From Candidatus Bathyarchaeia archaeon (GTDB lineage Archaea; Thermoproteota; Bathyarchaeia; Bathyarchaeales; Bathycorpusculaceae), in the NCBI GenBank assembly GCA_049515895.1, contig JBEKTQ010000028.1, positions 1 through 34,185 on the forward strand: 34,185 bases of DNA, given 5' to 3'. A program made the translations under genes and the position numbers. The notes beneath the pieces are model-generated. The model was not told the DNA's origin. It was given only the letters and a program-made list of their open reading frames with translations, and searched no databases. Positions within the stretch are counted from its first letter, which is position 1. Each line of letters starts with the position of its first letter. This document shows, in pieces, positions 27,087 to 34,185 of the stretch.

Positions 27087-29210
27087 CTATCCAGAATGCT
27101 GATAAACTAAGCTATTGCCATTGTCGTATACCAAATTTGAGCTGTTAAATACTGAGGAAAGATCAGTGGAATTCCAGGTTAATGTGGAGCCAACTATTAT
27201 TCCATACTCAACATTTAATGTATTCAGATAAATAACACCGCCCGTTCCAATCGTTGTTACGTTGCTCAAAACGGTATAGTTGTAGGTTAAACCATAAATA
27301 AAATCGTTTTGTGACGGTACATCGGCATATATGGGTTGATTTGAATTAATGTTTCTCGCCAACCATTGAGCGCCAAACACACTGTGTGCGTCGGTGTACC
27401 CCATGTCGTAATATAAGTAGAAGGGACTCATTCTGTTCTTGGTTAAAAATGAATAACTTTCATTTTTTGTTATCTCGTATACGAAGCCTGTTTGAAAAAG
27501 AAAATAGGGAACCAAAACCAGCAGCAACAGAATAGAAACCCAAAATATTCTTTCTCGCTTGGACACAATTTTGATCAATGTAGCCCCACCTAGTACACAC
27601 AAAGGAGCCAACAAGAACAACAGTATATGATAAAACCGAGTCATGTTAAGGGTGTTTGCAAGTCCCGGTACTACTACGAGAGACACCAGAAACGCGACAG
27701 CCGTTAGTATGAAGACGAAATACTGGTCTCCAAACTGATGTTTCTTCAATTTTTGCAATGCCAAACCAAGGAATCCAACCGCTAAAAGTGCTTCTGTAAC
27801 ATATGCTATTGCCCGACTAATCGTGTTCCAAATCGAGGGCGCCGATGCTAATCCCAGACCTGCTAATACGGTGCTACCCCGCGAACTTAGGCTGAAAAAA
27901 GAACTAAATTGATCCCGAACGTAAGTTCCGAACAATATAAAACTGTTGAAAGTGGATCCGCTTGATGTGTAGATGTACCATGCAAACATTGCAACTGAGA
28001 AGAGAACAACCAATCCTGCTGTTACCTTTCTGATTGAACTTTTCAAAAAGATCGAAGCGATCATGGATACAAAAGCGAATAACAAGAAAATCTCTGCAAG
28101 TGAATAATGTGACACAATCAGGGCAGCGCCAAAAACCATGAAACATATTACCTTATCAAAGTGCTTCAGTTTATTGTTAAAGAGGATAAGCAATAGCAAA
28201 GCAAAAAACAGTTCAGCAATCATCTGTCTATTTAGAGCTAACATTTCTGTGTAGAACGTTGATTGAGCCATTAACAGAAAAGTAGAAATGAAAGCATATT
28301 TTGCTCCAATTTGTTGTTTCCATACATAGTATAAGGTTAGAGGTACGAGAGAAAAGAGAAATGGAGTGAGTAGCTTGAACATCCAAGTGGGATCTAAGTT
28401 AAGTAGGGTTGAGTATGTCGTTGGGAGAATTGTTATGCTCAACATCGAATTGAATCTGCCAAAAATTACATACCCTGGGAACGGATTGGTTGGACTCCAA
28501 TAGGCATTAGTTTTGGTAATACTAAAGGCGAGGAATTCACCACCGATGTCTGAGCCGAATGTAACTAAATAGGCGGATATTAAAGAAGATTGAAAAAGAA
28601 TCGCGATAGCGCTCATCAATATAGCTACTGGATAAAATTTCGGAGGCAGAAATCTCTTTGACAAAACTCCTACGGAAAATAGCAAGGCTATCAAAATTAT
28701 CGTGAAAAGGAGAACTAGATTATTCGCATAAGAATTTACGATCGTCGCTCCCACGATGCTCAATACGGGAAGAGCCAAAAATAAGAGAACGGATGGAGCA
28801 GGCATGCTGAATGTTTCAGATTCTGAAGCGGTGACATGTTCACCTCTCAGAAAAACTATTACTCCGCCCAGAAGTGTAAGACCGCTTAAAATGATTAGCA
28901 AAGGCATGAGCGAGAGAGGCCGCGGAATGTTGAGTAAGAAAAAGGATTCATTAATTAGTAAACCAGAAAACATCAAGAAGGCTAAACTGAATCCTACAGA
29001 AAAAAGCAAGCTAATAACTAAGCCTACCCTCTTATCCAGCCTTAATAGTTTAACAAAAACAAAACCTGGAACAAAAGTGAAGTAAACAAAGCCAATAATT
29101 TGCCTGGCAACTGGAACATTAAAGAAGATTGTCACGTACAATATGAATTGCAAAAATAGCATGGCTATCAGGAAATTAAATGGTCTGCGTTGGATTATGG
29201 TGGGTGTCAT
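27087..29210 (-). CDS. DUF2206-like multi-pass membrane protein (possible GT-C fold glycan transferase/polymerase)
   Basis: 707 aa, many TM helices, FVPG, SVGFSLAF, G.D...E, SMLSITILP, RQMIAE, SHYS, R.YH motifs. Confidence 0.75.
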   Translation of the reverse strand: MTPTIIQRRPFNFLIAMLFLQFILYVTIFFNVPVARQIIGFVYFTFVPGFVFVKLLRLDKRVGLVISLLFSVGFSLAFLMFSGLLINESFFLLNIPRPLSLMPLLIILSGLTLLGGVIVFLRGEHVTASESETFSMPAPSVLLFLALPVLSIVGATIVNSYANNLVLLFTIILIALLFSVGVLSKRFLPPKFYPVAILMSAIAILFQSSLISAYLVTFGSDIGGEFLAFSITKTNAYWSPTNPFPGYVIFGRFNSMLSITILPTTYSTLLNLDPTWMFKLLTPFLFSLVPLTLYYVWKQQIGAKYAFISTFLLMAQSTFYTEMLALNRQMIAELFFALLLLILFNNKLKHFDKVICFMVFGAALIVSHYSLAEIFLLFAFVSMIASIFLKSSIRKVTAGLVVLFSVAMFAWYIYTSSGSTFNSFILFGTYVRDQFSSFFSLSSRGSTVLAGLGLASAPSIWNTISRAIAYVTEALLAVGFLGLALQKLKKHQFGDQYFVFILTAVAFLVSLVVVPGLANTLNMTRFYHILLFLLAPLCVLGGATLIKIVSKRERIFWVSILLLLVLVPYFLFQTGFVYEITKNESYSFLTKNRMSPFYLYYDMGYTDAHSVFGAQWLARNINSNQPIYADVPSQNDFIYGLTYNYTVLSNVTTIGTGGVIYLNTLNVEYGIIVGSTLTWNSTDLSSVFNSSNLVYDNGNSLVYQHSG

Positions 29211-29633
29211 CAGTAGATCACTTTTCGAATTTGTCTCTTTGATTTGAAACCAATAAATCGAGATTATAAGTAAGTAGTTACAACCAAAATTACCTATGGT
29301 TAGCCATACTACTCAGAACTAGACTCTGGGGACAATACAAAATCCAAAATACTGAGATTTTATTTTCGTAAGTACCATCATGCATAACGCGCGCTTTTAG
29401 TTTACAAGCGCACGCTTAGCGTTGAGTCTTGTACCATAAGACTTAATACGTGCTTTTGTATTCTGGTTACCTCTAAAGGCATGACAAAAAAGCATCACGG
29501 TCAATCAAGATAATGTTTCCAAGCGTCTGCAACCTGTATTTGTGTAGTTCACATTAACACGAAAGTGTATTAAGAATACACAAGTCTCTTAAACCAAAGA
29601 AACCCAAGGAAATGTGAAGGCAGAGCGGTCCCC

Positions 29634-31052
29634 ATGAATCTGAATACTCGATTCATAAAACTGGTACTCATAGCTGTGCTAATTGTAATTCTTGTAATTC
29701 CTGTGGGTTACACTTTACTCACTGCCTCGATCACAATAAACTGTTCCGGAACTGTGGCGTCCTCAAATGTAACAGCGTTAAGCGGTTCAGCACCTGACAT
29801 TCAAGCAGCCGTAAATACCGTCGCGGCTGCAGGCGGAGGCACAGTCCACATCCCTGCAGGAAACTTTGCGTTTAATCCACCGGCAAACGGAATAGGGGTG
29901 ATTATTCCATATACGAATGTTCCAATATCCATTATAGGTGCTGGAATAGGGCAAACTGTTCTAACAGAAACACAATTTTCAGGCTTCTCAACCATGTTTG
30001 CGCGTACTTGGAGCGGGCAGAGTTACAGTGCAGCTTCAGTTCGTATTTCAGGGATATCTTTCGTTGGCTTTGTTTACGCTAAAGACTTGCCGACAGGGAT
30101 AACTGACGATTGGAACACGCAAGGTAATAATGGGATTTCAATAGCTTGTACGCAAGACTTCAGAATAGACCATTGCAGTTTCCAAAACTTTTGTAGCGCA
30201 GCGATAGGCACTAATGCCAACACAGGATCGATTGATTATACAACAATCATTGACAGGGGAGTTATTGACCACTGCACGTTTTCTAACCCATACAAAACAT
30301 TATGTCAGCCTTTCAATGCAACTGGCGTGTATTCTGCTATTGGCGGCTACGACATAATAGTTGTTGGCGATTATTATGCTTGGGACTCGAATATTCAAGA
30401 TTATTTAGGACATTATTACCAGTTTGCTACATTAAACAGCACCAATGATGGAAACCCAACCCAGCTTGAGTATGGAGCACCTGTACCGCAAACAATCTAC
30501 ATCGAAAACAACAATTTTACTGAATATCGACATGCCATATCCTCAACCGGCGGTGGCTACTATGTTGTGCGCTATAATTATTTCAGTATGCCTGCGCAAT
30601 ATAGAGCTGTAGATATTCATGGCAATCCAGGCGGTTCTACTGAAGTTGGTGGTCGTGGACTAGAAGCCTATGGTAACACTATTGATTTAACAAATGAAAG
30701 TATGACTAACGGAGACTGTGCAGCGTTTGGTCTGAGAGGAGGCAGCGGCGTAATCTGGAATAATACAATAATAATTCCGAATGGTGGCAACGTGGCTGAA
30801 GGTTTAGCTTTAGGAATAGAATTCAACAATGATGCTGATAGGTCATTTTGTTTAGTTAATCATCTCTATTATTGGAATAATGCTATTGAAGAACAGAGTG
30901 GTACGCAAATTACGGAAGCACAATCCATTAGTACCGCTAACTATAACCCTGGTTTAAATGTTGGATATTTCCTACGTGCTCCTGATACGACAGATGATGG
31001 ATTCACTTACACGCCTTACACGTATCCGCTTCCTCTAACACTTGAGCCGTAG
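29634..31052 (+). CDS. Membrane-anchored/secreted right-handed beta-helix protein (pectate lyase/GH28-like fold)
   Basis: N-terminal TM, DIQAAVN..AAAGGGTVHIPAG, IIGAG.G.T, repeated IDHC.F / IENN.F / N.I units. Confidence 0.75.
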   Translation: MNLNTRFIKLVLIAVLIVILVIPVGYTLLTASITINCSGTVASSNVTALSGSAPDIQAAVNTVAAAGGGTVHIPAGNFAFNPPANGIGVIIPYTNVPISIIGAGIGQTVLTETQFSGFSTMFARTWSGQSYSAASVRISGISFVGFVYAKDLPTGITDDWNTQGNNGISIACTQDFRIDHCSFQNFCSAAIGTNANTGSIDYTTIIDRGVIDHCTFSNPYKTLCQPFNATGVYSAIGGYDIIVVGDYYAWDSNIQDYLGHYYQFATLNSTNDGNPTQLEYGAPVPQTIYIENNNFTEYRHAISSTGGGYYVVRYNYFSMPAQYRAVDIHGNPGGSTEVGGRGLEAYGNTIDLTNESMTNGDCAAFGLRGGSGVIWNNTIIIPNGGNVAEGLALGIEFNNDADRSFCLVNHLYYWNNAIEEQSGTQITEAQSISTANYNPGLNVGYFLRAPDTTDDGFTYTPYTYPLPLTLEP

Positions 31053-31229
31053 ATGTAACTTAACTTTCAGAGCACAACTACACTCAGTTTCTTGATGCGC
31101 TATAGATTGCAGATTTAGAACCTCGCACGTTGCTATCGACAAATCGAGATTGTAGAGAGTTTTTTTGGTAATCGCGCAGGATTATTGTAGATGCCTGTTC
31201 TTATCGATGAATATCCTCATCATGAGCGA

Positions 31230-32327
31230 TCATGTAACAGTATTTTCCAAATCAACGCGTTGATTTTTGAATTGATTCAGGTTCACAGCAATCGATCGTT
31301 GCTCAATCAGAGACTTCTCGATACATTCCAATAGATTGACGGCGTCACGACCTTGTTCCGGCAAGATAGGAGGCGGAAGATCTTTTTGGATATTCATAAT
31401 ATACCTGCTAATTAGCTTGAAATGAGGAATCATTTTTCGCTTCAACATATAATTTAAATCGAACTTGGTCCATTTCTTCAAAGTCCGTTTTTCATCCGCA
31501 AAAAAACTTCTTGCAACACCACCGGGAGTTAGTGGTGGTAAAGCAGTATTCTCTAGAAAGTAGTCGAAATCTCGATAAATTTGTGCTCGTTTCCCTTTGG
31601 AATCACACATCTCGTAGACTATTTCGGTCTCCTGCGATATCCATGAAAGGTCAATGAGACCTGAATTTTCATTTGATGCTCTTAGCAAAACGGCAAAATG
31701 ATCATACACTGGATGTTTAGCTTTGCCACCAACTGCATAAACCTCTTTAATATCGTTTAAGAAATGCAATTGAAGATAAGCGAGATGGCAACAGACTTCC
31801 CATATAATTCCTCTTTGCTCAGGCATCACCATCCAATCTGAAGCAAGCCCGAGAGCTTTAAGGAGCTCAAAACTCTCTTTTTGCACTGTTTTGAATGAAA
31901 CAAGATCAAAAACTCCTTTATCAATAAGTGCCTTAGCTCTTTCGATTGACGGAAGGAAGATTTGGTTGTGTCCGACGCAGAGTTTACTGTTGTGTTTTCT
32001 AGCTTCAGAAATCATATCTTCACATTGAAATGTGTTAAGAGCCATAGGTTTCTCCACAAGGACAGCAGGAACAGCCTTGACCGCATCGCAAACTATACGT
32101 TGGTGAGTCGAAACTGGAGTGCACACATCGACTAATCCAAGATCTTTGATGTCAAGAAGATCATTATAGTCACCAAAGACTTTCTCCACGTTGAATCTAT
32201 GCCCAAGTTTTTTCGCTCTTTCGAGATTTAGGTCACAGACACCGACAACATTCACGTCCCTAATGCTTTTGAGAACTCTCATGTGAACGTTAGCGATTCC
32301 ACCACAGCCTATAAGCCCGACATTCAT
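31230..32327 (-). CDS. Gfo/Idh/MocA family oxidoreductase
   Basis: GLIGCGGIA, VCTP...H, VEKPMA. Confidence 0.88.
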   Translation of the reverse strand: MNVGLIGCGGIANVHMRVLKSIRDVNVVGVCDLNLERAKKLGHRFNVEKVFGDYNDLLDIKDLGLVDVCTPVSTHQRIVCDAVKAVPAVLVEKPMALNTFQCEDMISEARKHNSKLCVGHNQIFLPSIERAKALIDKGVFDLVSFKTVQKESFELLKALGLASDWMVMPEQRGIIWEVCCHLAYLQLHFLNDIKEVYAVGGKAKHPVYDHFAVLLRASNENSGLIDLSWISQETEIVYEMCDSKGKRAQIYRDFDYFLENTALPPLTPGGVARSFFADEKRTLKKWTKFDLNYMLKRKMIPHFKLISRYIMNIQKDLPPPILPEQGRDAVNLLECIEKSLIEQRSIAVNLNQFKNQRVDLENTVT

Positions 32328-32396
32328 AACAACCCGCCAACGAAGGTAAGTAATTGGAAGTACAAATATTAGCGTGTTAATATGTATGCTGTTGTT

Positions 32397-33299
32397 TCAG
32401 TTCCATGCAGCTCTTGAATCTAGACGGCCTTTAAGAAAGCCGAGCAGCCATGCTATTCTTTTGAACAAATAATGCAAAGGTAATAGAAAAGAGATTTTTC
32501 TTCGAGTTAATCTATAGGCATCTGGGATTCTAAACATTTCAATTGCAATTGCAATTGGTGGCACCATTTTATGAAGGTTAAGCATCCTTGGATTTTTGTC
32601 GAATAAGTAACGCCATGCGTAGCCATGCCAGAAATATTCTTTCCAGAGCGATCTCCAGCTGTCTCTACGGTGCTCATAGAATCTTGCTTCTGATACGTAG
32701 AGCGCCCAACCCTTTGCTCTAATTCTGTCTTCGATGTCGTTATCCTCTCCAGCACCTTTAATTCTCTTGTCAAACCCACCTACCTGTCTTATTGCTTTTG
32801 TTCTATAGATACATCCTGATGCGCCTAATGATTTAGCGTTTGTCTCACCAGTGTGTTGAAAGCTTAAAACCAGCTCAATGTTTTCTAATGTAGCTATTGG
32901 TTCTTGATTCTCCAGAACACCGTATTTTCCTTTGGCTATTCCGACAATTGGGTTTCTTTCCATGAATTCTACCTGTTTCCGGACATAATCACTTGGAAGT
33001 ATCATGTCGCCATCAACCCAAACTATGTAATCTCCTTGAGCGTTCTCAACCACAGCTTGCCTCGCTGAACCTAACCCCTGATTTTCTCGGAAAAACTTGG
33101 CCGTCATTTTTAGTTTGTAAAGATAACTTTTAATGATAGAAATGGTCTTGTCAACACTAAAACCGTCAACAACAATTAATTCGGTACTTTCGTGAGGAAA
33201 ATCTTGGACAACTATGCTTTCAATTGCCTCTTTGACCGTTGACGCTGCGTTCTTTACAACTAATCCTACTGTGACTTTGCAAGCTATCAAATCTCCCAT
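32397..33299 (-). CDS. Glycosyltransferase family 2
   Basis: IVVDGFSVDKT, VWVDGD (DxD), VGGFD, GED. Confidence 0.9.
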   Translation of the reverse strand: MGDLIACKVTVGLVVKNAASTVKEAIESIVVQDFPHESTELIVVDGFSVDKTISIIKSYLYKLKMTAKFFRENQGLGSARQAVVENAQGDYIVWVDGDMILPSDYVRKQVEFMERNPIVGIAKGKYGVLENQEPIATLENIELVLSFQHTGETNAKSLGASGCIYRTKAIRQVGGFDKRIKGAGEDNDIEDRIRAKGWALYVSEARFYEHRRDSWRSLWKEYFWHGYAWRYLFDKNPRMLNLHKMVPPIAIAIEMFRIPDAYRLTRRKISFLLPLHYLFKRIAWLLGFLKGRLDSRAAWN

Positions 33300-33366
33300 C
33301 TTTGAGATAACTCCGAAAACCCGACTATTATTAGGTGATAGTTATCTTCTTATATTTGAAGCGCGC

Positions 33367-34185
33367 CAGTTTGTTGCTAAATTATTTGCATTGACATTTT
33401 CATGCTGAACAGATTTGTATTTGATCGAGTTCTTGTTCTATTATGGAGAAGAATGAAAGTTCTTGCTCCATTTTGCGGAGTTTAAACCTGGACGACATAG
33501 AAGAGACCCTGTCAGAAGCTTACCACCAGGAGGGCGCGGGCAGACCTCCAAGAAAACCCATCGGCATTTTCAAAGCACTCATAGTCAAAAGAGTCAAACA
33601 GATACCAAGCGACAGAGAACTCTATAGGCGGTTGTGGAATGATGAAGATTTAAGAGAAGTCTGCGATATCGAAGAATACGAAAAGCCCTACCATCCTTCT
33701 CAGTTAACACGCTTTAGGAACCGCGTTGGAGTGACCAGGCTTGAGAGAATTATGGATCATCTGGTTGACGAGTTGATTAAAAACAAACTGATTGCTGGCA
33801 AACAGGTGGTTTTCGACGCTACTTTCGTTAAGGCTTACAGCCGGCGTGATCCTCATGACAACAGCAAAGGAGCTTCAGATCCTGAGGCAAGGGTAGGCAG
33901 AAACGGCAAGACTTACGAGCTTGGTTACAAACTGCACGTGGCAGTAGATGCGAAGTCCGAGTTGCCTTTGACTGTTATTGCAGCACCAGCTAATGATAAT
34001 GAGAAGAAGCATGCTCCGACACTTTTTGAGAAGGCTTTGAGGTCGACGAATAAGAGAGTGGAGCTTTTGGTCGCTGACTCTCAGTATTCATGCCGAGGCC
34101 AGAGAGAGCAAGCGTCCAACTCTGGCGTGAAGGCTGTGATTCCTTATCCTGCGAATCAGATGAGGCAGCAGAAGGGACTTTTGAG
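33367..34185 (+). mobile_element. IS5/IS1182-like insertion sequence, left part (truncated by window end)
   Basis: Begins right after GCGCGC (33361-33366) with CAGTTTGTTGCTAAATT and is followed by a transposase ORF; the end position is inferred from similarity to the 17458-17927 termini. Confidence 0.7.
33443..34185 (+). CDS. DDE transposase (DUF772-like N-terminus plus DDE_Tnp_1 core), partial
   Basis: Manual translation: MEKNESS...GRPPRKP...SDRELYRRL...HPSQLTRFRNR...VFDATFVKAYS...DPEARVG...GYKLHVAVD...PANDNE...LVADSQY; open to window end. Confidence 0.88.
   Translation, partial: MEKNESSCSILRSLNLDDIEETLSEAYHQEGAGRPPRKPIGIFKALIVKRVKQIPSDRELYRRLWNDEDLREVCDIEEYEKPYHPSQLTRFRNRVGVTRLERIMDHLVDELIKNKLIAGKQVVFDATFVKAYSRRDPHDNSKGASDPEARVGRNGKTYELGYKLHVAVDAKSELPLTVIAAPANDNEKKHAPTLFEKALRSTNKRVELLVADSQYSCRGQREQASNSGVKAVIPYPANQMRQQKGLL

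Noticed and set aside
9400-29420. Classical integron cassette array (attC sites)
   Set aside because: I could not find consistent RYYYAAC...GTTRRRY boxes or long palindromes after genes, and there is no tyrosine integrase in the window; IntegronFinder would be the formal test.
33214-33408. 64-aa + strand ORF and the other short ORFs overlapping larger genes
   Set aside because: They are antisense or alternative-frame overlaps of well-supported CDSs with no independent evidence.

Overview
Archaeal genome segment, probably Bathyarchaeia (inferred from DUF1616/DUF2206-type membrane genes, GGTGA ribosome-binding sites, frequent TTG/GTG starts and Pro/Thr-rich surface proteins). Most of it (~5.1-33.3 kb, mainly minus strand) is a surface-glycan/EPS biosynthesis and tailoring cluster: GT2, three GT4s, two Gfo/Idh/MocA dehydrogenases, a DegT aminotransferase, an NAD-dependent epimerase, two polysaccharide deacetylases, two GNAT-fold transferases, SAM methyltransferases, DUF362, DUF2206, DUF1616 and two MiaB-like radical SAM enzymes with no TRAM domain. 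The left end carries membrane-anchored surface proteins (a GH5 hydrolase and a truncated Pro/Thr-rich protein). The right end is a truncated IS5/IS1182-like DDE transposase. Two unusual systems stand out. (1) About 23 GCGCGC/(GC)n tracts sit almost entirely at gene boundaries, and several carry the motif GCGCGC-N5-TGTT. This motif forms the left end of the IS and both ends of a ~470-bp inverted-repeat element carrying only a wHTH gene, which suggests the cluster was assembled or shuffled by a GCGCGC-targeting transposition system. (2) A GT4 + TRAM-less methylthiotransferase-like pair occurs twice, each time with a GNAT and a deacetylase, which suggests an undescribed sulfur/radical modification of surface glycans. 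All counts and alignments were made by eye.
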